A DNA stretch of 64,000 nucleotides, taken from the NCBI GenBank assembly GCA_964631565.1, contig CAZVYJ010000011.1:182-64181 (forward strand). The letters run 5' to 3'. Below the pieces are notes generated by a model. It was not told the DNA's origin. It did not search any database and worked only from the letters and a program-made list of their open reading frames with translations. Made by a program: the position numbers and the translations under genes. Shown here in pieces: positions 45,486 through 56,518 of the stretch; position 1 is the first letter of the stretch, and every line of letters starts with the position of its first letter. The DNA is from an uncultured Planctomycetaceae bacterium. Lineage in GTDB: Bacteria > Planctomycetota > Phycisphaerae > SM23-33.

Positions 45486-45766
45486 AAGACGAAGTATACG
45501 GCGTAATAAAGAAGCCCCTTGTTACTGAAAAGGGCACGCACCAGTCGCAGGCACTCAACGCCTACGCGTTTGAAGTGGCCCCTGAGGCGAGCAAGGCGCA
45601 GATTAAGCAGGCGGTCGAGCGGATATACAACGTGAAGGTCGTTGAAGTCCGCACCGCAAATCGCAAGGGTAAGCCGAGACGTACGGGCATGCGGTGGGGC
45701 AAGACCCGCCACTGGAAAAAGGCGGTCGTCGTGCTGCATCCCGACCACCATATAGATCTGTTTTAG
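45482..45766 (+). CDS. rplW: 50S ribosomal protein L23
   Basis: PLVTEK, WKKAVV. Confidence 0.97.
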   Translation: MKDEVYGVIKKPLVTEKGTHQSQALNAYAFEVAPEASKAQIKQAVERIYNVKVVEVRTANRKGKPRRTGMRWGKTRHWKKAVVVLHPDHHIDLF

Positions 45767-45785
45767 GACCTGAAGGCAAGTAGTC

Positions 45786-46637
45786 ATGGCAATTAAGGTT
45801 TACAAGAGAACTTCGGCCGGCCGACGCAACAGCTCGGTGAACATTCGTCAGGAAGTCACCACGAGCACGCCGGAAAAGTCGCTGCTCAAGCCGATGAAGA
45901 AAACCGGCGGGCGCAACCACCGCGGCATCATCACGACAAGGCATCGCGGCGGCGGTAACAAGAGAATGTACCGGATTATCGACTTCAAGCGGAACAAGGA
46001 CGATGTCGCCGCCGAGGTCAAGACCATCGAGTATGATCCCAACCGCAGCTGCAATATCGCCCTGGTCGAGTATCCGGACGGCGAAGTGCGTTATGTGCTC
46101 GCCCCGATAGGCCTGAAGGTCGGAAGCAAAATTTATTCCGGCAAGAAGGTCGAGCCGAAGCCCGGCAACTGCATGCCGCTGAGCAGCATTCCGCTCGGCC
46201 TGGACGTGCATAACATTGAAATGCGTCCCGGACAGGGCGGCAAGCTGGTCCGCACCGCCGGCGGCGTGGCCCGTCTGGCCGCGAGGGAAGGCGAATTCGC
46301 CCACATCATTCTGCCGTCGGGCGAAATGAGAATGATCAACGCAGGCTGTCGTGCGACCATAGGCCAGCTCGGCAACATCGAGCACGGCAGCGTTCGCTGG
46401 GGCAAGGCCGGCCGCATGCGTCACAGGGGCATACGCCCGCACGTTCGCGGCTCGGCGATGAACCCGGTCGCCCATCCGATGGGCGGCGGCGAAGGAAGGC
46501 GCAGCGGCGGCCGTCACCCCGTTTCGCCGACAGGCAAACTGGCCAAGGGCGGAAAGACCAGAAAGAGAAAGAAGGCATCCAATAAGCTCATCATGCGTCG
46601 CAGACGCAATGTGCGTTACGGGCAGTTGGTGCTTTAA
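45786..46637 (+). CDS. rplB: 50S ribosomal protein L2
   Basis: [25 protein letters not shown]. Confidence 0.99.
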   Translation: MAIKVYKRTSAGRRNSSVNIRQEVTTSTPEKSLLKPMKKTGGRNHRGIITTRHRGGGNKRMYRIIDFKRNKDDVAAEVKTIEYDPNRSCNIALVEYPDGEVRYVLAPIGLKVGSKIYSGKKVEPKPGNCMPLSSIPLGLDVHNIEMRPGQGGKLVRTAGGVARLAAREGEFAHIILPSGEMRMINAGCRATIGQLGNIEHGSVRWGKAGRMRHRGIRPHVRGSAMNPVAHPMGGGEGRRSGGRHPVSPTGKLAKGGKTRKRKKASNKLIMRRRRNVRYGQLVL

Positions 46638-46670
46638 GACGTTTTCATAAGCATAAGCAGGATTTGAATA

Positions 46671-47006
46671 ATGACCAGAAGCGCGAAAAAAGGTCCGTAC
46701 GTTGACGAGAGGCTCTTCGGCAAGGTGAAGAAGGCCGTCGAGGCAGGCAACAACGAGCCTATCAAGACGTGGTCCAGGACATGCACGATAGTGCCTGAAT
46801 TCATCGGGCGGACGTTCATGGTTCATAACGGCAAGACCTTCCACAAGGTTTTTGTTACTGAAGACATGGTCGGCCACAAGCTTGGCGAGTTCAGCCCGAC
46901 CAGAATATTCCGCGGGCACAGCGGAATAAAGAAGGCAGAAGCGGCAGGGACCGGGGCGCCAGCGCCTGCGGCGGCGGCAGCGGCACCCAAACCTGGACCC
47001 AAGTAA
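46671..47006 (+). CDS. rpsS: 30S ribosomal protein S19
   Basis: [20 protein letters not shown]; Ala/Pro-rich tail. Confidence 0.98.
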   Translation: MTRSAKKGPYVDERLFGKVKKAVEAGNNEPIKTWSRTCTIVPEFIGRTFMVHNGKTFHKVFVTEDMVGHKLGEFSPTRIFRGHSGIKKAEAAGTGAPAPAAAAAAPKPGPK

Positions 47007-47042
47007 GGAACTGACGAATAACCGTCAACGGAGATTGTGAAA

Positions 47043-47378
47043 ATGCCGTGGCAAGCAGCACATAGATACGCACGAATTAGTCCCCGCAAGGTAAAGCTCA
47101 TTGCGCAGATGATTTGCGGACGCAACGTGCAGGACGCCTTGAACATCCTGAAGTTTACGCCCAACAGGGGCGCGTGGATGCTCTCGAAGGTTCTCAGCAG
47201 CGCGGTCGCCAACGCCAATGAGGCGGAAGCCGACGTCGAAAACCTCATCGTCAAGGAAGCCCGCGTGGACGAGGGTCCGACGATGAAGCGTATTCGGCCG
47301 AAAGACCGCGGGAGGGCGCACCTTATACTCAAACGCACCAGCCACATCACCGTGGTGGTCAATCAGGGTAAGGAATAA
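47043..47378 (+). CDS. rplV: 50S ribosomal protein L22
   Basis: ARISPRKVKL, DEGPTMKR, RTSHITV. Confidence 0.98.
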   Translation: MPWQAAHRYARISPRKVKLIAQMICGRNVQDALNILKFTPNRGAWMLSKVLSSAVANANEAEADVENLIVKEARVDEGPTMKRIRPKDRGRAHLILKRTSHITVVVNQGKE

Positions 47379-47390
47379 CGAGGCTAGATT

Positions 47391-48353
47391 ATGGGTCAGA
47401 AGGTATCACCCATTGGATTTCGTACCGGCGTGACGATCGGCTGGAAAAGCCGCTGGTTCGCCCCCAAGAGCAACTACGGCGAGTTTCTCGTTGAAGACGC
47501 CAGGATTCGCGATTTCGTTGACAAGCGGCTGAATCAGCAGCCTCCGTATGCTGCGGTCAGTTGTGTTGAAATCGAACGGACGCGCGAAGAGGTCAAGGTC
47601 ATTCTGCGGACGGCCCGCCCCGGCCTGGTCATCGGACCCAAGGGCGCCGAAGTCGAGAAACTGAAAGATGCCCTGGAGCACCTTACCGACCGCCGCGTGA
47701 ACATCAACATCGTCGAGGTCAAGAACCCCGACCTGGATGCCACGCTGGTGGCCGAGTCGATTTGCGAGCAGATTAAGCGTCGCCGCAGTTTCCGCCGTGC
47801 ACTGAAGCAGCGGGCGGAAGCCGCAATGCAGGCCGGCGCCAAAGGCGTGAAGATTTCCGTATCCGGCCGGCTCGGCGGCGCCGAAATGAGCCGCAACGAA
47901 ACAATGATACTTGGCTCCATCCCGCTGCATACGCTGGAGGCGGACGTGGACTACGGCTTCATGCCGTGCTTCACAACCTACGGCGCAATCGGCGTGAAGG
48001 TTTGGATATATCGCGGCATGTTCGGCGAAGCGCCGGCCGAGGAAGACAAGGTCGCCCAGGTGGCTATGACTCGCGCAAGGCGCCGCCGTGAGAATCGCGG
48101 CGAGCCCGGCGGCAAGGGCGGCGGCAGGGGCGGCAGGCGAGGCGAACGCGGTGAACGAGACGAACAGGCGCCGGTCGTTACAAGGCCGGGCGGCTCGCGG
48201 CTTGGCGGCATAAAGAAGGCAGAGGAAGCCCGCAAGGCTGCTGAAGCCAGGGCGGCGGCAGAAGCCGCAGCGGCCGAAGCCCCAGCGGAAGAGGCACAGG
48301 TTAATGAATCCACCCCGGCCGAGAACGCCGGCGAGGAAAAAGCAAAAGGTTAA
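47391..48353 (+). CDS. rpsC: 30S ribosomal protein S3
   Basis: MGQKVSPIGFR, SGRLGGAEMSR; long charged C-terminal tail. Confidence 0.98.
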   Translation: MGQKVSPIGFRTGVTIGWKSRWFAPKSNYGEFLVEDARIRDFVDKRLNQQPPYAAVSCVEIERTREEVKVILRTARPGLVIGPKGAEVEKLKDALEHLTDRRVNINIVEVKNPDLDATLVAESICEQIKRRRSFRRALKQRAEAAMQAGAKGVKISVSGRLGGAEMSRNETMILGSIPLHTLEADVDYGFMPCFTTYGAIGVKVWIYRGMFGEAPAEEDKVAQVAMTRARRRRENRGEPGGKGGGRGGRRGERGERDEQAPVVTRPGGSRLGGIKKAEEARKAAEARAAAEAAAAEAPAEEAQVNESTPAENAGEEKAKG

Positions 48354-48380
48354 ATCAGTAAGATTTGAAAAGGTGTCGCT

Positions 48381-48797
48381 ATGGCGATGATGCCGAAAAG
48401 AGTTTTGCACCGCAAGCAGCAGCGTGGCCGGGTCCGTGGAAACGCGACTCGCGGCAACACTGTGTCTTTCGGTGAATATGGATTGCAGTCGACGGATGGC
48501 GGCTGGCTTACAGCCAGGCAGCTTGAGGCCGGTCGTGTGGCGGCTACGCACTTCCTGCATCGCGAAGGAAAGGTTTACATCCGCGTATTCCCGGACAAGC
48601 CCGTCAGCGCCAAGCCGCTCGAAACCCGAATGGGCAAGGGCAAAGGCGAAACTAAGGACTGGGTGGCTATCGTAAAGCCGGGCACGATTCTTTTTGAAGT
48701 ATCCGGTGTCGATGAGGCGACAGCCCGGGCAGCGCTCCGCCTGATAGCCCACAAGATGCCGGTAAACTGCAAGATGGCCTACAGGCGTCATCGTTAG
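48381..48797 (+). CDS. rplP: 50S ribosomal protein L16
   Basis: RMGKGKG, VKPGTILFE. Confidence 0.98.
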   Translation: MAMMPKRVLHRKQQRGRVRGNATRGNTVSFGEYGLQSTDGGWLTARQLEAGRVAATHFLHREGKVYIRVFPDKPVSAKPLETRMGKGKGETKDWVAIVKPGTILFEVSGVDEATARAALRLIAHKMPVNCKMAYRRHR

Positions 48798-48820
48798 AAG
48801 AAGTAAAAGGGCCAGCCGAA

Positions 48821-49036
48821 ATGAAGATTAAAGAAATAGTACAAATGAGTGACGAAGAGCTGCAGACCGAGCTTGCCAGGCTGCGCCGGCATCAGTTCGA
48901 CATCCGCGCACAGGCGGTTACTGAAAAGCTGGAAGACCCGAGCATGCTCAGGAAGACCAAGCGGGACATCGCCAGGATTCTGACGGTCATCCGGCAGCGC
49001 GAGATGGAAGCCGGCAGGCAGACTGCGACGGAATAA
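48821..49036 (+). CDS. rpmC: 50S ribosomal protein L29
   Basis: KRDIARILT; position. Confidence 0.95.
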   Translation: MKIKEIVQMSDEELQTELARLRRHQFDIRAQAVTEKLEDPSMLRKTKRDIARILTVIRQREMEAGRQTATE

Positions 49037-49075
49037 ATCAGGCATCAAAAACCACTGTAGCGGATAACTATAGAT

Positions 49076-49384
49076 ATGGCAGAAGCAAAAGAGAAAACCA
49101 GGGTCAAGAAATTACACAAAATGGTCGGTCTGGTCAGTTCGACAGGCGGCGACAAGACAATCCGCGTAATCGTGGACAACATCGTGAAGCATCCGCGTTA
49201 CGGCAAGTTTGTCCGTTATCGCACGAAGGTTGCCGCACACGATCCGCACAACGAAGCGGCTGTCGGCGACACGGTTGAAATCGTTGCCTGCAGGCGCATA
49301 AGCAAGACAAAGGCATTCAAGCTGTCCAGAGTTGTCCGCGAGGCGACCCTGGCCACTAAACAAACAGTTTCGGACAAAGGGTAG
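49076..49384 (+). CDS. rpsQ: 30S ribosomal protein S17
   Basis: HPRYGK, VGDTVEI..RRISKTK. Confidence 0.97.
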   Translation: MAEAKEKTRVKKLHKMVGLVSSTGGDKTIRVIVDNIVKHPRYGKFVRYRTKVAAHDPHNEAAVGDTVEIVACRRISKTKAFKLSRVVREATLATKQTVSDKG

Positions 49385-49388
49385 TACA

Positions 49389-49775
49389 TTGATCCAGAGC
49401 GAAACCAGATTACAGGTAGCCGACAACACCGGCGCCCGCGAAGTCGGGTGCATCCGGGTGCTGGGCGGCTCGACGAGACGCGGGTCGTTCACCCGCCGGA
49501 AAGCGTCGCTTGGCGATATCATCATCTGTTCGGTCAAGAAGGCGCTGCCCGGCAGTGACGTGAAGGCCGGCGATGTCGTCAAGTGCGTTATCGTCAGGAC
49601 GGGCTATCCGGTGCGGCGGTCGGACGGCAGCTACGTTCGGTTCGACTCCAGCGCGGTAGTCATTATTGATGAGAACAACAACCCCAGGGGCACGCGCATA
49701 TTCGGCGCGGTGGCCAGGGAACTGCGGGAAAAGAACTTCATGAAGATTGTTTCGCTGGCATCGGAGGTAGTTTAG
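49389..49775 (+). CDS. rplN: 50S ribosomal protein L14
   Basis: TTG start (M)[27 protein letters not shown]. Confidence 0.98.
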   Translation: MIQSETRLQVADNTGAREVGCIRVLGGSTRRGSFTRRKASLGDIIICSVKKALPGSDVKAGDVVKCVIVRTGYPVRRSDGSYVRFDSSAVVIIDENNNPRGTRIFGAVARELREKNFMKIVSLASEVV

Positions 49776-49778
49776 CTA

Positions 49779-50120
49779 ATGAGCGCTAGCGTGAAAAAAG
49801 GCGACAGAGTGGTGGTTCTTGCCGGCGACGACAAGGGCAAGACGGGCGAAGTCCTTCGGGTTGACCCGAAGGCCGGAAAGGTGCTTGTACAGGGCATTAA
49901 CCGGGTTTACCGGCACCTCAGACCGTCACGGCAGAATCCGCAGGGCGGACGCATTCAGAAGGAGATGCCGATAGACATCTCCAACGTTCTGCCTGTTGAT
50001 CCCAAAACCAGTAAGCCGACCCGCGTTGGCGTTCGCGTCAACAAGGACGGCTCGAGAGAACGTTACGCAAAGAAGTCAGGCGAGTCGCTTGGCTTGGTCA
50101 AAAAATCCAAGAGTAAGTAG
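49779..50120 (+). CDS. rplX: 50S ribosomal protein L24
   Basis: KKGDRVVVLAGDDKGK. Confidence 0.98.
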   Translation: MSASVKKGDRVVVLAGDDKGKTGEVLRVDPKAGKVLVQGINRVYRHLRPSRQNPQGGRIQKEMPIDISNVLPVDPKTSKPTRVGVRVNKDGSRERYAKKSGESLGLVKKSKSK

Positions 50121-50131
50121 GTTAAGATCAA

Positions 50132-50677
50132 ATGGTTGCACGCCTGCTGGAAAAATACAGGAAAGAAGTTGTACCGGCCTTGAACGAGCGGTTCGGCTAT
50201 AAGAATCCCATGGCGGTTCCCAAGCTGGAGAAGATAGTCATCTCCATGGGCATCGGCGACGGGCAGACCGATTCAGCCAAGCTCGAAACCGCACAAAAGC
50301 AGCTTGCCCTCATATCGGGGCAGCAGCCGATTATCACCAAGGCGAAGAAGTCGATCAGCAACTTCAAACTTCGCAAAGGCAACAAAATCGGCCTGAAGGT
50401 GACGCTCCGCGGCGCGAGAATGTACGAGTTCTTCGACCGCCTCGTCTCCATCGCCGTTCCGAGAGTCAGAGACTTCCGCGGATTAAATCCGTCCGGGTTC
50501 GACGGTCGCGGCAACTACAATATGGGTCTCGCCGAACAGTCCGTGTTCCCGGAAGTGGACCCGACCAAAGTGACATTCACGCAGGGCATGAATATAGCCA
50601 TGCAGACGACGGCCAAAACCGACGAGGAAGCCCGTGAACTGCTGACGCTGATGGGCATGCCCTTCAGGAAAGATTGA
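50132..50677 (+). CDS. rplE: 50S ribosomal protein L5
   Basis: [15 protein letters not shown]. Confidence 0.98.
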   Translation: MVARLLEKYRKEVVPALNERFGYKNPMAVPKLEKIVISMGIGDGQTDSAKLETAQKQLALISGQQPIITKAKKSISNFKLRKGNKIGLKVTLRGARMYEFFDRLVSIAVPRVRDFRGLNPSGFDGRGNYNMGLAEQSVFPEVDPTKVTFTQGMNIAMQTTAKTDEEARELLTLMGMPFRKD

Positions 50678-50693
50678 AAGGACGTTTCAGGAT

Positions 50694-50879
50694 ATGGCAA
50701 CCAAGGCGCAAGTGGTTAAAGCCAAGAGGCCGCCTAAGTTTTCGACGCGGATAATCCGTCGCTGCCAGTTGTGCGGGCGGCCGAGGAGCGTTTACCGCAA
50801 GTTTAAAATATGCCGCATTTGCCTCCGCAAGATGGCCAATGAAGGCAAGATCCCCGGGATGAAGAAAGCCAGTTGGTAA
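50694..50879 (+). CDS. rpsN: 30S ribosomal protein S14, zinc-binding type
   Basis: 61 aa, CQLC..CRIC, GMKKASW. Confidence 0.97.
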   Translation: MATKAQVVKAKRPPKFSTRIIRRCQLCGRPRSVYRKFKICRICLRKMANEGKIPGMKKASW

Positions 50880-50897
50880 TAAAGAGGAAACCGTCGC

Positions 50898-51296
50898 ATG
50901 AGTCTTTCTGACCCTATAGCTGACATGCTTACGAGAATCCGCAACGCCTTGAGGGCGAAGCAGAAGACGACTAACGTCCGCGCTTCGAAGATATGCGAAG
51001 GCATATGCAAGGTGCTGCAGGAAGAAGGTTACATTGCGGACTACAAGCGCGTAGAGGACAACAAGCAGGGCCTGCTGCGCGTTTATCTGAAGTACTCGCG
51101 TCAGGGCGATGACGTCATCAACGAAATCACCCGCGTCTCCAAGCCGGGCTGCCGCGTGTACAAGAGCGTAGAGGATATGCCGAAGCCCATGGGCGGGCTG
51201 GGCATAGTGATTGTGTCAACGTCGCGGGGCGTCATCTCCGACCGCAAGTGCCGCGAGATGAACATCGGCGGCGAGGTGCTTTGTACCGTTTGCTAA
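50898..51296 (+). CDS. rpsH: 30S ribosomal protein S8
   Basis: DPIADMLTRIRNA, SKPGCRVY, GGEVLC. Confidence 0.98.
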   Translation: MSLSDPIADMLTRIRNALRAKQKTTNVRASKICEGICKVLQEEGYIADYKRVEDNKQGLLRVYLKYSRQGDDVINEITRVSKPGCRVYKSVEDMPKPMGGLGIVIVSTSRGVISDRKCREMNIGGEVLCTVC

Positions 51297-51308
51297 AGAG
51301 CCATACAG

Positions 51309-51887
51309 ATGTCGAGAGTAGGACAAAAACCAATACCGATTATCAGTGGCGTAAAGGTCGCAGTTTCAGGCCGAACCGTCAATGTCGAAGGCCCCAAGGG
51401 CAAGCTGAGCTTTACCCACAGGCCGGAACTCACCGTCACGGTTGACGAGAGCGCCAAGCAGGTTGTCGTCACCCGCATCAACGACGAGCGGATTCCGAAA
51501 AGCCTTCATGGCCTGACCCGCAGCCTGATATCCAACATGATTCAGGGCTGTGCGAAGGGCTATGAGAAAAGCCTGGAGCTTTACGGCGTGGGCTACGGCG
51601 TGCAGGTTTCCGGTCAGAAGCTGACCATGACCTGCGGCAAGAGCCACCCCGAAGAGTTCAGTATACCTCAGGGCATAACAATTGAAGTAGTAGTGCCGCA
51701 GGCCCGCGGCGACAGCGAACCGGCGAAGTTCGTCGTCCGGGGCGCCGACAAGCAGGCCGTCGGTGAAATCGCGGCGAGGATTCGCAAAACACGACCTCCG
51801 GAGCCTTACAAGGGCAAAGGTGTTCGATACACAGGTGAACACGTTCGGCGCAAGGTCGGCAAGGCCTTCGCCGGCGGGGCCCAGTAG
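51309..51887 (+). CDS. rplF: 50S ribosomal protein L6
   Basis: [18 protein letters not shown]. Confidence 0.98.
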   Translation: MSRVGQKPIPIISGVKVAVSGRTVNVEGPKGKLSFTHRPELTVTVDESAKQVVVTRINDERIPKSLHGLTRSLISNMIQGCAKGYEKSLELYGVGYGVQVSGQKLTMTCGKSHPEEFSIPQGITIEVVVPQARGDSEPAKFVVRGADKQAVGEIAARIRKTRPPEPYKGKGVRYTGEHVRRKVGKAFAGGAQ

Positions 51888-51922
51888 ACCAGCGCCCCGA
51901 GAGGAGCAGACGAGGCAATATT

Positions 51923-52294
51923 ATGAAGCCTATCGTGAAAAAGCAGCACAGAAGAATACGACGCAAGTACCACGTGCGGCATAAGGTCACTGGCACCAGC
52001 GATCGGCCGAGACTGACGGTTTCCCGCAGTCACAAGAATATCTATGCACAGATTATCGACGATACGGCCGGCAGGACAATCGTCGCCGCATCGACGGTTG
52101 AAGGCGCCGTCCGCGCGAATCTGGGCGGAGGCGGCGGAAACAAGGCTGCTGCGACAGTGGTTGGAACTGCCCTGGCGGAAAAGGCGGTTAAGGCAGGAAT
52201 AAAGAAAGTGGTCTTCGACCGGAACGGGTATCCGTATCACGGGCGAATCAAGGAACTGGCCGAGGCTGCACGCAAGGGCGGCCTGGAATTCTAG
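51923..52294 (+). CDS. rplR: 50S ribosomal protein L18
   Basis: [22 protein letters not shown]. Confidence 0.98.
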   Translation: MKPIVKKQHRRIRRKYHVRHKVTGTSDRPRLTVSRSHKNIYAQIIDDTAGRTIVAASTVEGAVRANLGGGGGNKAAATVVGTALAEKAVKAGIKKVVFDRNGYPYHGRIKELAEAARKGGLEF

Positions 52295-52321
52295 AACCTA
52301 ATCAGGTCAGGAGCACCTATA

Positions 52322-52834
52322 GTGGCGTTTGACAGAGTAAAAAATGCGGCCGACGCTTTCGAGAGAGAAGACGGACTCGAAGATAATGTTGTCCAGATAT
52401 ACCGCTGTTCTAAGGTAGTCAAGGGCGGCAGGCGGTTCAGCTTCGCGGCTCTCGTGGTTGTCGGCGACAGGAACGGTCATGTTGGTATCGGCTACGGCAA
52501 GGCGAACGAAGTTCCCCAGGCCGTCGAGAAGGGCATCTCCGATGCCAAGAAGAACATGATTACCGTCCCGCTCAAGGGACAGACAATTCCGCATAACATC
52601 AAGGGCAAGTGCGGCGCGTCGCGGGTTGTGCTCGTGCCGGCGTCCGAAGGCACCGGTGTTATCGCGGGCAAGAAACTTCGTCCGCTGCTTGAGTTGGCGG
52701 GCATTCATAACCTGCTGACCAAGGCATATGGTTCTACTTCGCCGAAGAACCTTCTCAAGGCGGGGCTGGACGCACTTTCCAGGCTGCGTCAGCCGGAAAC
52801 CGTGGCCGATTTACGTGGAGTGAAACTGGCATGA
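52322..52834 (+). CDS. rpsE: 30S ribosomal protein S5
   Basis: [19 protein letters not shown]. Confidence 0.98.
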   Translation: MAFDRVKNAADAFEREDGLEDNVVQIYRCSKVVKGGRRFSFAALVVVGDRNGHVGIGYGKANEVPQAVEKGISDAKKNMITVPLKGQTIPHNIKGKCGASRVVLVPASEGTGVIAGKKLRPLLELAGIHNLLTKAYGSTSPKNLLKAGLDALSRLRQPETVADLRGVKLA

Positions 52835-53277
52835 AGCTGGATGAAGTATTAGCGGCGGCTGGCAAGTCGAAACGAAGAACTCGCATCGGTCGGGGCACAG
52901 GCTCCGGACACGGCAAGACATCCGGACGCGGGCACAAGGGCTATGGCGCCCGTTCGGGTTCGACCAGAAGGCTCGGCTACGAAGGCGGGCAGACCCCGAT
53001 GATGTCGCGTTTCCCGAAGCGAGGCTTCTCGAATTTCGAGTTCAAGAAGAACTTCCAGATCGTCAATGTCGCCGACTTGAATGAGCGTTTTGAAGACGGC
53101 AGCAAGGTTGACGCCGCTGCCATGTTTGAAGCAGGGCTTATCAGCAATAAGAACAAACCGGTCAAGGTTCTCGGCAACGGCGAGATAAAGAAGAAACTTA
53201 CCGTCGTCGCCGCGAAATACTCAGCCGCCGCAGCGGAGAAGATCACCGCAGCCGGCGGACAGGCGGAACAGGCATAG
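52831..53277 (+). CDS. rplO: 50S ribosomal protein L15
   Basis: [18 protein letters not shown]; ATGA overlap with rpsE, no rpmD between. Confidence 0.98.
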   Translation: MKLDEVLAAAGKSKRRTRIGRGTGSGHGKTSGRGHKGYGARSGSTRRLGYEGGQTPMMSRFPKRGFSNFEFKKNFQIVNVADLNERFEDGSKVDAAAMFEAGLISNKNKPVKVLGNGEIKKKLTVVAAKYSAAAAEKITAAGGQAEQA

Positions 53278-53287
53278 GAGTGCGAAC

Positions 53288-54856
53288 GTGGCGTTTCGAC
53301 TCTTCAGAATGATTGTTGGCTTGATTCTTGCAGCAGTGGCTGCATGGCTCATCGGCAATGGTGTAACCACCATCGTTAGCGCCGGCGACGCCATGCTTAC
53401 TGCTGAAGTTCTCGTTATGCCCATAATGCAAATTGCGGGCGGCCTGATTATTCTGGGAATCTACTACTGGGCGCTCTGGTCCGATTCGCGAATCAAGCAG
53501 GTGCTGATGAACATCTTCTCGATTCCGGAGCTGCTCACCAAGCTGGCGTTTACGATCGGCCTGCTGTGCATCTACCGCATCGGCTTCCATGTGCCGCTGC
53601 CCGGTGTCGATACCGCCAGGATCGCCGAGTTCATGGGCGCCCAGGAAAAGGGCACCTTCGGCGACGCCATCGCTTACTTCGGCATGTTCACAGGCGGCAA
53701 CCTGCAGCAGTCCACGCTGTTCGGCCTTGGCATCATGCCGTACATCTCGGCGTCGATTATCTTCACGCTGCTGACAAGCGTGGTTCCGGCCCTGGAGAAG
53801 CTGCAGAAGGAAGGCCCGGCAGGTCACAAGAAAATACAGGAATATACCCGCTACGCCACCGTCGCGCTGTGCATTATCCAGGCTGTCGTATGGATGAGGA
53901 TAATGCGGGGCAGCAATCTGCTTTACCATGAATACAGCGATTCAACGATGGTATTCCTGGCCGGAGTGATAGGACTTACCGCAGGAACAATCTTCCTGAT
54001 GTGGCTCGGCGAGCAGATAGATGAATACGGCATCGGCAACGGCATCAGCCTTCTGATTATGGCCGGCATCGTGTCAAGACTGCCGTTTGCGATATACGAC
54101 CTGTCCAAGATAGTCAACATGAGCCTCACCGGCGGCGAGAGCGGCAAGCTGGGAATACTGCATGTGCTGTTCCTGGTCGTGTCGTTCCTGGTTGTGGTGG
54201 CAGGCGCCATCCTGATTACGCAGGGCCAGAGGCGCATCCCGATCCAGCAGGCCAAGCAGGTGCGAGGCCGGCGCATTTACGGCGGCCAGAGGCACTACAT
54301 GCCGCTGCGTGTAAACCACGGCGGCGTCATGCCGATTATCTTCGCCTCGTCGCTGCTGATTTTCCCTGGCGCGATACTCGGCTGGGCAGTGAGAAGCTGG
54401 CCGAACACCGGTTGGCTCGACATGCTTCACAGCGCGTTCACGACGGGCAGCTATACCTATTCGATGGTGTATATAGCGTTGATTTTCTTCTTCGCGTATT
54501 TCTGGACGACCGTGAACTTCCGTCCGAAGGACATGGCCGATCAGCTTCGCGATTACGGTCACTTTATTCCGGGCCTGAGGCCGGGCAAACGCACCGCCGA
54601 TTACCTCGAACGGGTCATGGAGCGGATTACATACTGCGGCGCCGCGTTCCTCGCACTTATCGCGGTTATTCCGACAGCCGTCGCGAGCTACCTGAAGATT
54701 CCGTTCAATATTTCGGCGTTCCTCGGCGGCACGGGCCTGCTGATTATGGTTTCCGTCGCGCTGGACCTCGTCCAGCGGGTCGAGTCGAACCTGGTCATGC
54801 GGAATTACGGCGGCTTCCTTGGCGGCAGCACGAGGATAAAGGGAGCTTACAGTTGA
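53288..54856 (+). CDS. secY: preprotein translocase SecY with ~65 aa hydrophobic N-terminal extension
   Basis: LGIMPYISASII, GEQIDEYGIGNGISL, GGTGLLI; GTG start 7 nt after AGGAG. Confidence 0.97.
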   Translation: MAFRLFRMIVGLILAAVAAWLIGNGVTTIVSAGDAMLTAEVLVMPIMQIAGGLIILGIYYWALWSDSRIKQVLMNIFSIPELLTKLAFTIGLLCIYRIGFHVPLPGVDTARIAEFMGAQEKGTFGDAIAYFGMFTGGNLQQSTLFGLGIMPYISASIIFTLLTSVVPALEKLQKEGPAGHKKIQEYTRYATVALCIIQAVVWMRIMRGSNLLYHEYSDSTMVFLAGVIGLTAGTIFLMWLGEQIDEYGIGNGISLLIMAGIVSRLPFAIYDLSKIVNMSLTGGESGKLGILHVLFLVVSFLVVVAGAILITQGQRRIPIQQAKQVRGRRIYGGQRHYMPLRVNHGGVMPIIFASSLLIFPGAILGWAVRSWPNTGWLDMLHSAFTTGSYTYSMVYIALIFFFAYFWTTVNFRPKDMADQLRDYGHFIPGLRPGKRTADYLERVMERITYCGAAFLALIAVIPTAVASYLKIPFNISAFLGGTGLLIMVSVALDLVQRVESNLVMRNYGGFLGGSTRIKGAYS

Positions 54857-55518
54857 GAATAGTACTGATGGGACCGCCGGGCGCCGGTAAGGGCACCCAG
54901 GCAAAAAGGCTTGTTGAAAAGTTTGATATGGCCCATTTGTCCAGCGGCGACATATTCCGGGCGGAGAAAGCTTCCGGATCGCAGCTTGGCAGGGAGATGG
55001 CCGGCTACATGGACGCAGGAAAGCTCGTCCCGGACGACATAGTCGTTCGCATCATGGCCAAGGCTGTCACCGAGGCGACTGCTCCCGGCGGGCTGCTGCT
55101 TGACGGCTTCCCCCGCACGGTCGCTCAGGCCGAGGCTCTGGACAGGCAGCTCGACAAGGCCGGCGCGGCACTCGACGCGGTTATCGTCATCGAGGCCGGC
55201 GACGAGCTGATTGTCGAGCGCATCTGCGGACGGCGAAGCTGCCCGAAGTGCGGCAGGATTTACCATGTGAAGTTCATGCCGCCGAAGACCAAGGGCATCT
55301 GCGACGACTGCGGCGTAAAGCTCGTTCAGCGTCAGGACGACACGGAAGCCGTCATTCGCCAGAGGCTGGAGACGTACAGGAAGCAGACCGAGCCTGTGAT
55401 TGCGTATTATCGCAAGGCCGGCCGGACTGATGTTATGGTTATAAACGGCGACAAGCCGCTTGAGGACGTGACTGCATCGATGATTGCGGGTGTGGAATCG
55501 GCCGCAGGCAGGAACTAG
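54853..55518 (+). CDS. adk: adenylate kinase (zinc lid type)
   Basis: GPPGAGKGTQA, LLDGFPRT, CPKC..CDDC; TTG start overlaps secY stop. Confidence 0.97.
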   Translation: MRIVLMGPPGAGKGTQAKRLVEKFDMAHLSSGDIFRAEKASGSQLGREMAGYMDAGKLVPDDIVVRIMAKAVTEATAPGGLLLDGFPRTVAQAEALDRQLDKAGAALDAVIVIEAGDELIVERICGRRSCPKCGRIYHVKFMPPKTKGICDDCGVKLVQRQDDTEAVIRQRLETYRKQTEPVIAYYRKAGRTDVMVINGDKPLEDVTASMIAGVESAAGRN

Positions 55519-55527
55519 AGGCCAACT

Positions 55528-56307
55528 GTGGCAATCCGCCTTAAGACAGCAGGGCAGATTCAACAAATGAGAAAAGCCGGACGCGTTGTCCGGAAAGTGT
55601 TAAATCGCCTGGGAGAGATGATTGCTCCCGGCGTTACAACTGAAGAACTGAACGCCGAAGCAGAAAGGCTCTGCGTGGAAGCCGGCGCCGAATGCCTTTT
55701 CAAGGGCGTTCCGGGCAGAGGCTCCGCCGGGCCTTTCCCCGGCGCAATCTGTGCTTCGATTAACGAAGAGGTGGTGCACGGCATCCCGTCGAAGCGGCAG
55801 ATCAGGTCGGGCGACATTGTCAGCGTCGATTTCGGCGTGAGGCTCGACGGATGGTGCGGCGACGCGGCGGAGACTTACATCGTGGGCGAGGTTGACGAGA
55901 AAACCGCCCGCCTGGTGAACGTTACCCGCAACGCGCTTTCGCTGGCCGTCAAAATGAGCGCGCCCGGCGGCAAGTGGTCGGCCGTCGCAAGGGCCATGCA
56001 GGAATATGTCGAGTCGGAAGGCTTTTCCGTCGTCCGGGAGTTTGTAGGCCACGGCATCGGCAAAGAGATGCACGAGGAGCCGAAGGTGCCCAACTTCGTT
56101 TCGCACGAGTTGGAAATCCGCGACATCCTCCTGTGCGAAGGCCTGGTGCTTGCAGTCGAGCCGATGGTCAACATGGGCTCGCACGCCGTCAAGCTGGCGC
56201 GAGACGGATGGACGGTGTTGACGAGAGACGGCGCTCCGTCGGCGCACTTTGAGCACATGCTGGCGATAACCGCCGGCGGCGTCGAAGTGCTTACCGACGG
56301 CAATTGA
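55528..56307 (+). CDS. map: methionine aminopeptidase type I
   Basis: CASINEEVVHGIP, VGHGIG, AVEPM, SAHFEH. Confidence 0.97.
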   Translation: MAIRLKTAGQIQQMRKAGRVVRKVLNRLGEMIAPGVTTEELNAEAERLCVEAGAECLFKGVPGRGSAGPFPGAICASINEEVVHGIPSKRQIRSGDIVSVDFGVRLDGWCGDAAETYIVGEVDEKTARLVNVTRNALSLAVKMSAPGGKWSAVARAMQEYVESEGFSVVREFVGHGIGKEMHEEPKVPNFVSHELEIRDILLCEGLVLAVEPMVNMGSHAVKLARDGWTVLTRDGAPSAHFEHMLAITAGGVEVLTDGN

Positions 56308-56381
56308 CAGGATTTTTAGAGTTTGTTTGAGAAGAGTTCAAGACGTGAACCGGTGAAAGCCGCGGATTCACGAGGTGCGAA

Positions 56382-56495
56382 ATGAAAGTAAGATCGTCAG
56401 TAAAGAGAATTTGCGAGAATTGCAAGATCGTCCGCCGCAAAGGCGTGGTGCGGGTGATTTGCGCAAACCCGAAGCATAAGCAGCGTCAGGGTTAA
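56382..56495 (+). CDS. rpmJ: 50S ribosomal protein L36
   Basis: 37 aa, below ORF-track cutoff: [37 protein letters not shown]. Confidence 0.98.
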   Translation: MKVRSSVKRICENCKIVRRKGVVRVICANPKHKQRQG

Positions 56496-56518
56496 CCGGA
56501 CGCAAGGAGAGATGGTCG

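Noticed and set aside
52831-56495. Absence of rpmD (L30) and infA from the spc/alpha cluster, and tuf separated from fusA
   Set aside because: Real in the sequence, but to my knowledge usual for PVC-superphylum genomes.
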